Source of the DNA: Caulobacteraceae bacterium
GTDB lineage: Bacteria; Pseudomonadota; Alphaproteobacteria; Caulobacterales; Aquidulcibacteraceae
Assembly (NCBI GenBank): GCA_031431115.1
Contig: JANPCV010000056.1
Span: forward strand, 26,132 to 90,131
DNA: 64,000 nucleotides
Reading direction: 5' to 3'
Within the stretch, counting starts at the first letter, position 1. Each line of letters begins with the position of its first letter. Shown piece after piece: positions 35,768 through 46,053 of this stretch. Both the position numbers and the translations under genes were made by a program. The notes under the pieces were generated by a model. That model was not told where the DNA came from, did no database searches, and saw only the letters and a program-made list of their open reading frames with translations.

Positions 35768-36820
35768 ATGAGGCGTGTTGCGCTCTTGTTTGCGTTGCTG
35801 ACCGGAGCCTGTGCTTCGGCAGACCCTGCGCCGATTTCTTACGGCAGCGGCGGCGCAGGTGCGCCCGGCGAGGTAGCGCCTCCTCAACGCACTGAGCGCC
35901 GTGCGCCTGCACCCATCGAAAGGCGCCAGCCAGTTCAGGCTGGTGAGGACGAACCGGCCGCGCCGATTGAGCGGCCGCCTGCGCCGCAAGAGCCATCCAA
36001 TTGGGCCGACGGCGAGGGCACGCCGCTTTCGACTTACGCGTTGCAGCCGGGTGATGCACAGCCCTTCGACCCTGCGAACATACCGCGCTCGCATCGCGTC
36101 ACCGGCGATGAATCTCTCTATGACATCGCCACGCGCTACCAAGCGCCGCTGCGGGCGCTGATTGATCAAAATAATCTCGAACCGCCTTATGCGTTGACCC
36201 AGGGCCGGGTGCTCGAACTGCCGCCGCCGCGCCATCATTTGGTCCGGCGCGGCGAAGATCTCGAAGACATTGCGCGGCGCTACAACGTCGATCTGCGTTC
36301 GCTGGCGCTCTTGAATCGCATGCAGGGCAACGACTCTGTGCGTGCAGGGGAGCGGATATATCTTCCAGCGCTGGCGCGTGAAATTGCGACGGAGCCGGTC
36401 TCACTTCCAACGCCCACAATGACTCCATTGCCTTCGGGCTCCGGCCGCTTTGCTTGGCCGCTGCGTGGTGATGTCGTTTCCCGCTTTGGCGCGCAGCCTG
36501 ACGGCACACGACTAGACGGTATTGAGATTGCCGGGCGTGAAGGCGCGGCCGTTGGAGCAGCGGCGGACGGTGACGTGATCTACGCCGGCGATGACATCGA
36601 GGCGCTCGGCGTGCTGGTGCTCGTGCGGCATGCAGAGAACTACGTGACGGCCTATGCCTACAATCGCCGGGCGCTGGTGCGTGAAGGGCAGCGTGTTCGC
36701 GCCGGAGAGGCTATTGCTGAGTTGGATGCGCGTCCCGATGGGCATGCGCGACTGCTGTTTCAGGTCCGTCGGGGCAGCGAGGTGCTAGATCCTGCGCCGT
36801 TAATGGGTGCGCAGCGCTAA
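35768..36820 (+). CDS. LysM-domain M23 peptidase lipoprotein (NlpD-like)
   Basis: ATG 35768 gives MRRVALLFALLTGAC (lipobox). Two LysM repeats (YDIATRYQAPLRALIDQNNL and EDIARRYNVDLRSLALLNRM) and a C-terminal LytM/M23 domain. Confidence 0.85.
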   Translation: MRRVALLFALLTGACASADPAPISYGSGGAGAPGEVAPPQRTERRAPAPIERRQPVQAGEDEPAAPIERPPAPQEPSNWADGEGTPLSTYALQPGDAQPFDPANIPRSHRVTGDESLYDIATRYQAPLRALIDQNNLEPPYALTQGRVLELPPPRHHLVRRGEDLEDIARRYNVDLRSLALLNRMQGNDSVRAGERIYLPALAREIATEPVSLPTPTMTPLPSGSGRFAWPLRGDVVSRFGAQPDGTRLDGIEIAGREGAAVGAAADGDVIYAGDDIEALGVLVLVRHAENYVTAYAYNRRALVREGQRVRAGEAIAELDARPDGHARLLFQVRRGSEVLDPAPLMGAQR

Positions 36821-36965
36821 GGCTGCGGCGATACGGCGCAAAGGTTCGGCTACGGCTGATTGAAATGGCGCCGCCTCCCGATATAGTCCCGGCCGACTTC
36901 CAAGGGGTCTCCCCCCATCTCTCCCAATCGTCCGAATGGCGACAGGCCGTTCCTAGCGAGGCTTA

Positions 36966-37313
36966 ATGTTCATCTCTTCCGCATACGCGCAAACGGCCGC
37001 CGGACCAGACCCGACGACCGGCCTTATCATGCAGATCGCGCCGCTCATTCTGATCTTCGTCGTCTTTTACTTCCTGCTGATCCGTCCCCAACAACAAGCG
37101 CGCAAGCGCCACTTGGAAATGGTCGCGGCGCTGAAGAAGAACGACATCGTCGTCACGTCAGGCGGTTTCATCGGCAAGGTGAAGTCGGTCGCGGACGATG
37201 AAGTGCGCGTCGAACTGGCGCCCAACGTTGATGTGCGCGTATTGCGTCACGCGATTTCGGAAGTTCGCTCCAAAACGGAGCCGGCCCCGGCTAACGATTC
37301 CAAGGCGGACTAA
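36966..37313 (+). CDS. yajC: Preprotein translocase subunit YajC
   Basis: 115 aa with ...IAPLILIFVVFYFLLIRPQQ...GGFIGKV. Confidence 0.9.
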   Translation: MFISSAYAQTAAGPDPTTGLIMQIAPLILIFVVFYFLLIRPQQQARKRHLEMVAALKKNDIVVTSGGFIGKVKSVADDEVRVELAPNVDVRVLRHAISEVRSKTEPAPANDSKAD

Positions 37314-37318
37314 CTCAC

Positions 37319-38923
37319 ATGCTTCAGGTCGCACGTTGGCGGGTCATACTCGTTCTGGTCGTGACGCTGCTTGGCGTCGTCTTTGCTTTGCCAAACGTGT
37401 TGCCGGAAAACGTTCGCAACAGCCTGCCGCCGTTTTTGCCGCGCGGCACCATCAATCTTGGCCTGGACTTGCGTGGAGGTTCTCAGCTCTTGCTGGAAAT
37501 CGACACTGTGACCCTGCGGCGCCAACAGCTCGACAATATCGCTGACCAAATGGCTCGCGCGCTGCGGGATGCGGAGCCGGCCATTCGATATACCGGGCGG
37601 GGTGTTGTGGGCGATGCGGCCCGCGTTCGCCTCGTCGACCCAAGCGACCTGACGCGTGCGAAAGAGGTGCTTCGTCCTCTCGCGAGAGATACCACCAATG
37701 GTCAGGACATTCTGACGTTCGTCGATGGAGCGGACGGGGCCATTGAAGCGCGGATGACCGAACAGCAGATGCGTGCGCTCAGCCGTCAGGCAGCGCAGCA
37801 ATCTATCGAAGTCATTCGTCGCCGGATCGATCCGGACGGCACCGCCGAAGTCTCGATCGCACGCCAGGGCGATGACCGTATCGCGGTGCAGGCCCCGGGC
37901 GTTAGCGATCCAGAGCAATTGCGAGAGCGCATCGGCCAGACCGCGTTGATGACATTTCACATGGTTCGCGAGACGGCGCCGGAAGATGCGGCCGCGGGGC
38001 GTTTGCCGCCCGGCACGATGGTTGTGCAGCCTTACCCGCAAAGCGGCGGAACGCAGGAAATCGTGGAGCGGCGGCCCCGCTTTACCGGCGAACGTTTGAC
38101 GCGTGCGAGCCCCTCTACGGACTCGCAAACCGGAGAGTTCGTGCTGAGCTTCGCGCTTGATAGCGAAGGCACGAGCCTGTTCTGCCGCATCACGCGGGAC
38201 AACACCGGTCAGCGCTTCGCGATCCTGCTCGATAATCAGGTGCTGACAGCGCCGCGGATCAACGAACCGATTTGCGGCGGCTCCGGTCAGATATCGGGGA
38301 ACTTCACCGCAGAAACTGCAAACAATCTGGCGATCATGCTTCGCGCTGGTGCGCTACCGGCGCCGCTCTCCGTAGTCGAACAGCGAAGCGTGACAGCCGA
38401 ACTCGGCCAGGACGCGATCAACGACGGTCAAACGTCGACGTTTATCGCATTCGGTCTCGTGCTCGCGTTCATGGTGCTCGCCTACGGTCTGCTGTTTGGC
38501 GGCATCTCGGTGGTGGCGTTGGTCGTCAACGGTGTGCTGGTTATGGCGATCATGACGGTCACTGGCGCCGCGCTGACGCTGCCCGGCGTCGCGGGCTTGA
38601 TCCTGACGCTCGCGGTGGCGCTCGATGCCAACGTGCTGATCTATGAACGCATGCGTGAAGAGGCGAAGGCAGGCAGGCAGCCGGCCATGGCGATCGACGC
38701 GGGTTTCAGCCGCGCCATGCTGACCATCTTCGACGCGAACATCACGCACTTGGGCGCGGCCTTCATCATGTTGAACTTGGCGCCGCCGGGGCCAGTGAAA
38801 GGCTTCGCCTGGACGCTGCTGATTGGCGTGTTCACGTCAGTGTTCACGGCTGTGCTGATTACGCAGGTGCTGGTTGCGTGGTGGTTTCGCGTCGCCCGCC
38901 CGAGAAAACTTCCAATTAGTTAG
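37319..38923 (+). CDS. secD: Protein translocase subunit SecD
   Basis: 534 aa with LGLDLRGG and the C-terminal 6-TM SecD_SecF domain. Confidence 0.95.
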   Translation: MLQVARWRVILVLVVTLLGVVFALPNVLPENVRNSLPPFLPRGTINLGLDLRGGSQLLLEIDTVTLRRQQLDNIADQMARALRDAEPAIRYTGRGVVGDAARVRLVDPSDLTRAKEVLRPLARDTTNGQDILTFVDGADGAIEARMTEQQMRALSRQAAQQSIEVIRRRIDPDGTAEVSIARQGDDRIAVQAPGVSDPEQLRERIGQTALMTFHMVRETAPEDAAAGRLPPGTMVVQPYPQSGGTQEIVERRPRFTGERLTRASPSTDSQTGEFVLSFALDSEGTSLFCRITRDNTGQRFAILLDNQVLTAPRINEPICGGSGQISGNFTAETANNLAIMLRAGALPAPLSVVEQRSVTAELGQDAINDGQTSTFIAFGLVLAFMVLAYGLLFGGISVVALVVNGVLVMAIMTVTGAALTLPGVAGLILTLAVALDANVLIYERMREEAKAGRQPAMAIDAGFSRAMLTIFDANITHLGAAFIMLNLAPPGPVKGFAWTLLIGVFTSVFTAVLITQVLVAWWFRVARPRKLPIS

Positions 38924-38932
38924 GCAAAGACG

Positions 38933-39919
38933 ATGTGGCCTCTGATTAAGCTTCTGCCCCAAAAGACAAACTTCAAGTACGTAGCCTTCGCGCCGTTTCT
39001 TGGCGTCATATCTCTGCTCGCGTGTCTAGCATCGCTCTACCTTACCGTCGTGCCGTTCACACCGCCTTGCGGTGGCTTGAACTGCGGTGTCGATTTCAAA
39101 GGCGGTTCGATGCTGGAGTTCTCCACGTCGCCGCGAAACGTAGATCTCCCGGCACTGCGCTCGTTAGCCGATATCGGATTCGGCGAAGTACAGGTTCAGG
39201 GCTTCACCGATCCGACGTCAGCGATGGTGCGCTATGAGACGCCGGAAAATATCTCAAGCACGCAAGCGCAAGAAACAATGCGGGCGGCGATCTCGGAGCG
39301 GCTCGGCGAGGGCGTTCATTTCGGCCGCGCAGACGTCGTAGGCGCGAAAGTGTCAGGTGAGCTTTTCCTTTTGGGTGTTGTGGCGCTCGGGGCTGGCATC
39401 ACTTTGATGCTCGTCTACATCTGGTTCCGATTTGGATTCACGTTTGGCGCCGCTGCGGTTACGGCGCTCGCGCACGATGTGATCCTGACGTTTGGTCTTT
39501 TTGCTGTGACGCAGATGGATTTCACACTTACGGCCGTGGGATCGATCCTCACGATCGTGGGCTATTCGATCAACGACAAGATCGTTGTCCTGGACCGTGT
39601 GCGAGAAAACCTGCGTAAGTATAAAAAGATGCCGATGAAGGATCTGATCGATCTTTCGGTGAACGAGACTTTGTCTCGAACAATCATCACCGGCGTGACC
39701 GGCCTTATGGCCCTGGGCGTCATGGCGTATTATGGCGGCGAAGCGCTGTTCTCGTTCGCCGTGTCGATGTTCTTCGGCATCGTGGTCGGTACATATTCTT
39801 CGATCTACATCGCAGCCCCAATGTTGACGGTCCTAGGTGTGGGACGGCGCGACAACTTCCAGTCTGCGGACGATAAAAAGGCGAAGAAGCCGCGTGACGA
39901 GGCGTATTCGGCCTCGTGA
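38933..39919 (+). CDS. secF: Protein translocase subunit SecF
   Basis: 328 aa with GVDFKGG...YSINDKIVVLDRVREN. Confidence 0.95.
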   Translation: MWPLIKLLPQKTNFKYVAFAPFLGVISLLACLASLYLTVVPFTPPCGGLNCGVDFKGGSMLEFSTSPRNVDLPALRSLADIGFGEVQVQGFTDPTSAMVRYETPENISSTQAQETMRAAISERLGEGVHFGRADVVGAKVSGELFLLGVVALGAGITLMLVYIWFRFGFTFGAAAVTALAHDVILTFGLFAVTQMDFTLTAVGSILTIVGYSINDKIVVLDRVRENLRKYKKMPMKDLIDLSVNETLSRTIITGVTGLMALGVMAYYGGEALFSFAVSMFFGIVVGTYSSIYIAAPMLTVLGVGRRDNFQSADDKKAKKPRDEAYSAS

Positions 39920-40012
39920 CCCGGGACTGAAGAGGCACTATCGTTCCCTGCAGCGCTTGAGTCCCGAGAGCGCCTTTGAGGGCGAACGGGTGTTTGCGGT
40001 TGGAGGGAGCTG

Positions 40013-40642
40013 ATGGCCTGGTTTTTGAGCAATTTGCGTTACGTCGCCTGGACCGCACTCGCGGTGGCGGCGCTGTTTTTGATTTACTTCGCCATGGGCG
40101 TTGCCGGTTACGCGTTCGGTGACAGTGCGTTCTGGGAAGCCGCGCTGCGTTGGGGCCACGTGATGGTCGCCATTATGTGGATCGGCCACCTCTACTATTT
40201 CAACTTCACGCAAATGCCGAACATGCCGAAAATTCCGGACGAGCAGAAACCAGCCGTCACGAAGGTGATCGCGCCGGCGGCGCTCTACTGGTTTCGCTGG
40301 GGCGCTATGCTGACGCTGATCACAGGCGTGCTGCTCGCGTGGAACCAAGGCTATCTCTTGCAAGCGTACACGCTCGGCGCCTTGGATGATCCGGGTTTTG
40401 CAGTGCCGAAGCACATCCTGATCGGCATCGGCATGTGGCTGGCGACAATCATGTGGTTCAACGTCTGGTTCATCATCTGGCCGAACCAGCAGAAGGCGCT
40501 GAACATCGACAACAAATATCCAAACCTCGATGCAGCGGCGAAGGCGGCGGCGGGCAAGACGGCGATGCTGTTCTCACGCACGAACACCTTCTTGTCGGCG
40601 CCGATGCTCGTTGCAATGACTGGCGCGAGCACGTTGTTCTAA
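40013..40642 (+). CDS. Membrane protein resembling the transmembrane domain of urate hydroxylase PuuD (no cytochrome c domain)
   Basis: 209 aa with 4-5 TM helices. The motif RWGHVMVAIMWIGHLYYFNFTQ resembles the PuuD-family N-terminal domain as I remember it. Confidence 0.4.
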   Translation: MAWFLSNLRYVAWTALAVAALFLIYFAMGVAGYAFGDSAFWEAALRWGHVMVAIMWIGHLYYFNFTQMPNMPKIPDEQKPAVTKVIAPAALYWFRWGAMLTLITGVLLAWNQGYLLQAYTLGALDDPGFAVPKHILIGIGMWLATIMWFNVWFIIWPNQQKALNIDNKYPNLDAAAKAAAGKTAMLFSRTNTFLSAPMLVAMTGASTLF

Positions 40643-40664
40643 TTTGGCGCTAGGCAAAGTGTTG

Positions 40665-40697
40665 AACGCCCGTGCTGTCAAGGCGCGGGCGTTTTGC
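40665..40697 (+). terminator. Rho-independent terminator
   Basis: AACGCCCG-13 nt loop-CGGGCGTT followed by TTGCGTT, located 23 nt after the stop at 40642. Confidence 0.55.
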
Positions 40698-40711
40698 GTT
40701 AGAAGGCGAGC

Positions 40712-41455
40712 GTGGACGAAGATATCGACACCTTGGTGCGGCGCGTTGATGAGGATCGCTGGTTAGCGAGCCGGTTCGCGCCAGCGCAGGTGCGCGCGCG
40801 GCTCACTGCGATTTACGCGGTGAATTATGAAATCGCACGGACGGCCGAAATCGTTCGCGAGGCGGGCATCGGACATATTCGTTTGGCCTGGTGGCGCGAG
40901 GCGCTCCAAGAAATTGCGCAGGGCGCCGCGCCGCGTGCGCATCCGGTTCTTGAAGCGTATGCGGCGGCAGCGTCGGGAGTTTCGCTGCCAGCCGCTGCCT
41001 GGGATGCGATGATCGAGGCGCGAGAATTGGACCTCGAAGCGGCGCCGTTCGCATCTTGGGCTGACGTCGACGCCTACCTCGACGCCACTGCTGGAAATGT
41101 CATGCGGCTGGCGTTGGCTGCTTGTGGTGCGCCCCGTGAGGAGCGAGGCCTAGTCGAGCCTGCGGCAAGGGCATGGGGCTATGTCGGGCTCTTACGCGCG
41201 CAGCCAGCATGGAAGGCGCGTGGGCGCGAAATCTTGCCGCTTGAGAACGGTTCAGTCGAAAAAATGATGGCGCGGGCCGATCAAGCGCATCTGGCCGCTC
41301 GGGCGATGACGGTGACCAGCGTCGCGTTCCCGGCCTTCGGATATGTCGCACTGGCGCCCGTCTATTTGCGGGGCCTGAGGCGAGGCCAAATATCTGAGCC
41401 GCTGTTTTCACGGCAGCTAAGGCTGGTCGCCGCCGCTGCTACAGGCCGAATTTAG
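40712..41455 (+). CDS. Squalene/phytoene synthase family protein (NDUFAF6-like)
   Basis: 247 aa with DRWLASRFAP...LTAIYAVNYEIARTAEIVRE...IRLAWWREAL, typical of the short alphaproteobacterial SQS_PSY-family proteins. Confidence 0.7.
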   Translation: MDEDIDTLVRRVDEDRWLASRFAPAQVRARLTAIYAVNYEIARTAEIVREAGIGHIRLAWWREALQEIAQGAAPRAHPVLEAYAAAASGVSLPAAAWDAMIEARELDLEAAPFASWADVDAYLDATAGNVMRLALAACGAPREERGLVEPAARAWGYVGLLRAQPAWKARGREILPLENGSVEKMMARADQAHLAARAMTVTSVAFPAFGYVALAPVYLRGLRRGQISEPLFSRQLRLVAAAATGRI

Positions 41456-42210
41456 CGCGTTGTGCTCCGCCGTTCGCGCGCCTCACGAACCGCTTCGCGT
41501 ATGCGTGTTTCCAACAAGGGCTGATTGAAGCCAGGGATCAGCTCGCCATTGATCACAAAGCCCGGCGTTCCGGTGATGTTGTAGTCGATCGCGTGAGCAC
41601 GGTTCTGTTCAAGGATCGCCGTGATTTCGGGATTGTTCATGTCGCGGCGCATCCGCGGCACATCAACGCCCGCCCGGCGCGCGATGGCGTCGATGTCGGC
41701 GGACGTCATGTCACGGTCGAGTGGGTGGCTCATCAGCGCTTGGTGGAATTGCAGGTAACGGCCCTGCGGACGTGCTGCGAGAGCTGCGCGTGCAGCCTCC
41801 ATTGAAGCGTCGCTGAGAATGGGCAGTTCTTTGAACACGAAGCGAATGTCGCGGCGCGTGCGCGACACATCCAGGACCCATTGCAGCGCTGCGTGGCAGT
41901 AGGCGCAGCGATAGTCGTAAAATTCCACGATCGTCACCGGCGCGTCGGCGGGGCCAATTGAAAAGTCCCGCGGGTCTGCTTTGATCTGTTGCCAGCGCTC
42001 GGCGGAGCTACGATCCGCGAGCGCGTCGAGCGCCTCCCGCAGCACATCTGGATTGCGCACAAGATAGTCGCGCACGATCGCGCGGATTTCGGCCTGTTCC
42101 TGGCCGTTGAACGTCTGCGCCGAGGCAACTGGCGCAGCGAATAGGGCAAGGCAGACGAATGCGAACAGGCGCGCGATCACGGCAGACTCCAGTCTAGGTG
42201 AGGCTGACAT
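41452..42210 (-). CDS. DsbA-family thiol:disulfide oxidoreductase
   Basis: ATG 42210 gives a signal-anchored N-terminus (…ARLFAFVCLALFAAPVASAQ). Active site is FYDYRCAYCH. Confidence 0.85.
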   Translation of the reverse strand: MSASPRLESAVIARLFAFVCLALFAAPVASAQTFNGQEQAEIRAIVRDYLVRNPDVLREALDALADRSSAERWQQIKADPRDFSIGPADAPVTIVEFYDYRCAYCHAALQWVLDVSRTRRDIRFVFKELPILSDASMEAARAALAARPQGRYLQFHQALMSHPLDRDMTSADIDAIARRAGVDVPRMRRDMNNPEITAILEQNRAHAIDYNITGTPGFVINGELIPGFNQPLLETRIREAVREARERRSTTR

Positions 42211-42235
42211 GGCCGCTTTTGTCGGACCCGGCAAG

Positions 42236-43633
42236 TTAGCCGCGACGGCCGCCGCCACTGGTGCGCTGCATGCGTTCACGAACCTCGTTGCCGGCGAAGT
42301 TCACGATGTCGTCGGCCCGGCGATAGTCCACCGTATTGCGTGGCAATGCGCGTCTTGCCCGCTCTGCGAAGTTGAGCGCGCTGGAATAATCGCCAACGGT
42401 GAAGCTTGCCTCAGCTGAAGCAAGTTCCGCCAATGGCTCTTCGCCGCGCTCAAAGCGAGCAGACGCCATTTCACGCCAAGCAAAGCCGTTGTCAGGCTCG
42501 CGGCGCACAGCGTCTGAAAGCAAGCGAATGGCTTCCTCGGTCCCGGCGCGGCCGTTCGCCGCCACGAGCGCGCGCGCCAAGTTTACCTGTAGCAGCGGCT
42601 GGTTCGGTGCGAACTCAAGCGAACGGCGGTGATAGGGGATCGATTCGGCCGCGCGGCCATTCTCGAACAAAATCTGACCCATCAGCTCTTGGAAATAGGG
42701 ATTACGTGGGTCTTCTGCGATCAAGATATCGAGTTCGCCGCGCGCCTGGTCGAGCTTGGCCTGCCGATAATAGGCGATAGCGCGCGCGTAGCGCGCCGGT
42801 TGCGATGTGTCGCGCAGCGGATAGCGCGCCAGCACTTGGCCTTCCGAACGCACAAAGCCAATCAGCTTCGCTTGCATAAAGCGGAAGCGGCGCATGTTGT
42901 CTTCGCTATCGACAGCATCGCGATGCGAACCGCGATCAATGCGCTGACGTAAAGATTCGACGCGGTCTGAGGAAAATGGGTGGGTCATCATCCATGGCGG
43001 TGCGCGGCGCGTCTGCCACTCGAACGGACGAATCTGGCTGTCGAAGAAAGAGATGAGCCCGCGGCCGGACTGGCCGGATGCCTCGAGAAAGCTCGCGCCG
43101 GCTTGGTCAGCAGCGCTTTCTTGCACTTGCGTGAAGCGCACGAAGTTCGCCATCGCAAAGCCTTGCGAGCCCGCGATGAGCGCTGCGCCAGCATCCGGCG
43201 CACCAGCGGCAATCGCGAGCACGCCAAGACCGATCGAAATCAGCATCGGGCCCATGGACTGGTTCATGGCTTCACGAGACCGCGAGAGGTGGCCGCCGGA
43301 GATGTGACCGGTTTCGTGCGCCAGCACGCCGATAATCTCATTCGGCGTTTCGGCGCGCATGATGAGACCGGTATTGACGAAGATGTTTTGGCCGCCCGCG
43401 ACGAACGCATTCACGTTGTCTTCGTTGACAATCAGGATGCGGACGTCGTCGCGGCGCAGGCCCGCGGCATCGAGCAATGGGTTGGTGTAGACACGCAGCG
43501 TGTCTTCAATTTCCGCATCGCGGATAAGCGCCTGAGCTGAGGCCGTTTCGGCGGCCATCAACGCGAACGCACTAAGGGCCGCAACGGCGCCAACCGCGGT
43601 GCGGCCAAGCGTAGAAAGAAGAGACGCGGCCAT
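42236..43633 (-). CDS. M48 family metalloprotease with TPR domain (BepA-like)
   Basis: Signal peptide, the zinc motif HETGHISGGH and a C-terminal TPR region. Confidence 0.85.
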   Translation of the reverse strand: MAASLLSTLGRTAVGAVAALSAFALMAAETASAQALIRDAEIEDTLRVYTNPLLDAAGLRRDDVRILIVNEDNVNAFVAGGQNIFVNTGLIMRAETPNEIIGVLAHETGHISGGHLSRSREAMNQSMGPMLISIGLGVLAIAAGAPDAGAALIAGSQGFAMANFVRFTQVQESAADQAGASFLEASGQSGRGLISFFDSQIRPFEWQTRRAPPWMMTHPFSSDRVESLRQRIDRGSHRDAVDSEDNMRRFRFMQAKLIGFVRSEGQVLARYPLRDTSQPARYARAIAYYRQAKLDQARGELDILIAEDPRNPYFQELMGQILFENGRAAESIPYHRRSLEFAPNQPLLQVNLARALVAANGRAGTEEAIRLLSDAVRREPDNGFAWREMASARFERGEEPLAELASAEASFTVGDYSSALNFAERARRALPRNTVDYRRADDIVNFAGNEVRERMQRTSGGGRRG

Positions 43634-43658
43634 GCCCGCTCCTTGAGTCCAGTGCCTG

Positions 43659-43688
43659 CCCCAAACCGGTTGAAGCGCCGGTTTGGGG
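43659..43688 (-). terminator. Stem-loop downstream of rne
   Basis: CCCCAAACCGG-ttgaagcg-CCGGTTTGGGG, an 11-bp perfect stem 32 nt after the rne stop. It has no clear U tract, so it could be a terminator or a processing/stability hairpin. Confidence 0.45.
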
Positions 43689-43719
43689 CGGGAAGAAGGC
43701 CTTACACCCTACTAGTTCG

Positions 43720-46053
43720 TCAGTTCTTTTTGGACCAGCGTGACAGGCGCGAGAAGAACTTGTCACGGCGCTCTTGGTCCGGCTCGTAGGCCGGAGCATC
43801 GGGCGCCGCGGCGATCGGCACGGGCGCGGCTTCCATCACCGCCGTTACCGCTTCGCGATAGGTCTCAACGATTGGTTCTGCGGCCGGATGAACGATGATC
43901 TCGGCGTCCTGCGGAGCGGGCGCCAGCGGCTCGTTCACGTCCTCGGCAACGGCCTCAACGCGTCGCGCGTCGCCATTGCGGGCAGGGCGCTCGGGTCGTG
44001 GCGTCAGGTGCTTTAGGTCGGCGCTGACGAAATCCAGCCATTCGCCGCCATCGACCTCATAGACGCGCCGTCCGCGGCCACGGCCACGACGGCGGCGCCG
44101 GTTACGGCCGCCGCGCTCTTCGCGTGCTGCTGCGGGCTTTGGCGTTTCGCTCTTTTCTTCGGTGCTGGCTCCGACCTCGCCGTCCTCTCCTTCGCGGCGG
44201 CGCTTGCCACCACGACGGCCACGCCGGCGGCGGCGCTTGCGATCTTCGCTATCGGCGTCGCTGCTCGCGGCGATCCGGGGCGCTGCCTCGGTCTCCGCTT
44301 CATCCTCGTCGCCGGTGTCTTCGATTTCCTCGTCGTCGTCCGTTTCCACATCCTCGTGGACGTCAGCCGCCGCTGCAAGCGCATCGGCTTCTTCGGCTTC
44401 AATCTCGACGTCGCGGAGCTGTTGTTTGCGGCCGCGTGCCGGGGTTGCTGCGACCGCGGTTTCTTCCTCGTCTTCAAAGCCACCGTCGACGACGATGATC
44501 TCAAAGTCGCCAGAGTGCATCGCCGTCGACGCGCCGATGCGGACACGGACGTGATTGTTCTCTTCGATCGTTGCGAGGGCGTCGCGCTTTTCGTTGAGCA
44601 GATAGATCGCCGTATCGGAGGCAGTTCGCGCTTCGATCAGGCGGTTCTTTTTCTGGGCGGCGGCCTCGTCCAATGCGCGAAGCAGGGCGAGGGAGGCGCT
44701 CTCGACCGAGCGCACGCGGCCTGAGCCCTGGCAGTGTTCGCACACGTGGCTGGTGCCTTCCAACACACCGGTGCGGCGGCGTTGGCGGGAAAGTTCGAGC
44801 AGGCCGAACCCGCTGATCTTGCCCATTTGCACGCGGGCGCGATCGAAGCGGAGACTATCCTTCATCCGCTTTTCGACGACGCGATCGTTCTTCGACTCCT
44901 CCATGTCGATGAAGTCGATAACGATCAGGCCAGCAAGATCGCGCAGACGCATTTGGCGCGCCGCTTCGTCAGCAGCTTCCAGGTTCGTCTTGAACGCAGT
45001 TTGTTCGATGTTGCGTTCGCGCGTGGCGCGGCCGGAGTTCACGTCGATCGCGACGAGCGCTTCGGCCTGGTTGATGACAATGTAGCCGCCGCTCTTCAGA
45101 TGAACGATCGGCGAGTAGATCGACTCAAGCTGCTTCTCAACGCCGTGCTTGGCGAAGATCGGCGTTGAATCTTTCCACAGATGCACGCGCTTGGCGTGGC
45201 TCGGCATGAGCATGCGGACGAAGTCTTTGGCTTCCTTGTACGCAGCTTCGCCGTCGACATGAATTTCATCGACGTCTTTGTCGTAGAGATCGCGGATTGC
45301 GCGCTTCACAAGCGAGCTTTCCTCATAAATCAGCGAGGGCGCGACGGACTTCATGGTCCCGTCGCGGATGGTTTCCCAAGCGCGGGAGAGATACTCGTAG
45401 TCGCGCTTGATTTCCGTCTTTGTGCGTTTTGCGCCCGCAGTGCGGATGATCAGACCTTGGCCTTGCGGCACTTCGAGATCAGTGGCGATCTTCTTGAGAC
45501 GCTTGCGATCTGTCGCTTGCGTGATCTTCCGCGAGATGCCGCCGCCACGGCCGGTGTTCGGCATGAGCACGCAGTAGCGTCCGGCGAGTGAGAGGTACGT
45601 CGTGAGTGCGGCGCCTTTATTGCCGCGCTCTTCCTTTACCACCTGGATCAGCATGATCTGGCGGCGGCGGATGACTTCTTGAATCTTGTAGCGCCGGGTC
45701 AGGATGCGGCGGCGGCGCTCGTCGCGCGCCTCATCATCCTCTTCCTCGTTCTCGCTCTCTTCATCCGCCTTGGCGAGTTCCGCTTTGATTGATTCCTGAT
45801 CGTCGTGCGGGATCGCGTAATAATCGGGGTGGATTTCCGAGAACGCGAGGAAGCCGTGGCGGTTGCCACCGTACTCCACAAAGGCAGCCTGTAGCGACGG
45901 CTCAACGCGCGTCACCTTGGCGAGATAGATATTGCCTCTGAGTTGTCTTCTGCTGGCTACCTCAAAATCGAAATCTTCAACGCGGCTTCCGTCGAGCACC
46001 GCAACCCGGGTTTCTTCCGGGTGGGCGGCGTCGATCAACATTTTCTTGGCCAT
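43720..46053 (-). CDS. rne: Ribonuclease E
   Basis: MAKKMLIDAAHPEETRVAVL...NIYLAKVTRVEPSLQAAFVEYG (S1 domain), the catalytic core, and an Arg-rich/acidic C-terminal scaffold region. Start is at ATG 46053. Confidence 0.93.
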   Translation of the reverse strand: MAKKMLIDAAHPEETRVAVLDGSRVEDFDFEVASRRQLRGNIYLAKVTRVEPSLQAAFVEYGGNRHGFLAFSEIHPDYYAIPHDDQESIKAELAKADEESENEEEDDEARDERRRRILTRRYKIQEVIRRRQIMLIQVVKEERGNKGAALTTYLSLAGRYCVLMPNTGRGGGISRKITQATDRKRLKKIATDLEVPQGQGLIIRTAGAKRTKTEIKRDYEYLSRAWETIRDGTMKSVAPSLIYEESSLVKRAIRDLYDKDVDEIHVDGEAAYKEAKDFVRMLMPSHAKRVHLWKDSTPIFAKHGVEKQLESIYSPIVHLKSGGYIVINQAEALVAIDVNSGRATRERNIEQTAFKTNLEAADEAARQMRLRDLAGLIVIDFIDMEESKNDRVVEKRMKDSLRFDRARVQMGKISGFGLLELSRQRRRTGVLEGTSHVCEHCQGSGRVRSVESASLALLRALDEAAAQKKNRLIEARTASDTAIYLLNEKRDALATIEENNHVRVRIGASTAMHSGDFEIIVVDGGFEDEEETAVAATPARGRKQQLRDVEIEAEEADALAAAADVHEDVETDDDEEIEDTGDEDEAETEAAPRIAASSDADSEDRKRRRRRGRRGGKRRREGEDGEVGASTEEKSETPKPAAAREERGGRNRRRRRGRGRGRRVYEVDGGEWLDFVSADLKHLTPRPERPARNGDARRVEAVAEDVNEPLAPAPQDAEIIVHPAAEPIVETYREAVTAVMEAAPVPIAAAPDAPAYEPDQERRDKFFSRLSRWSKKN

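Noticed and set aside
36821-36965. 31-codon ORF (MAPPPDIVPADFQGVSPHLSQSSEWRQAVP) and a possible RNA in the nlpD-yajC spacer.
   Set aside because: It has no SD, no hairpin or terminator, and nothing recognisable. It is most likely just the yajC promoter region.
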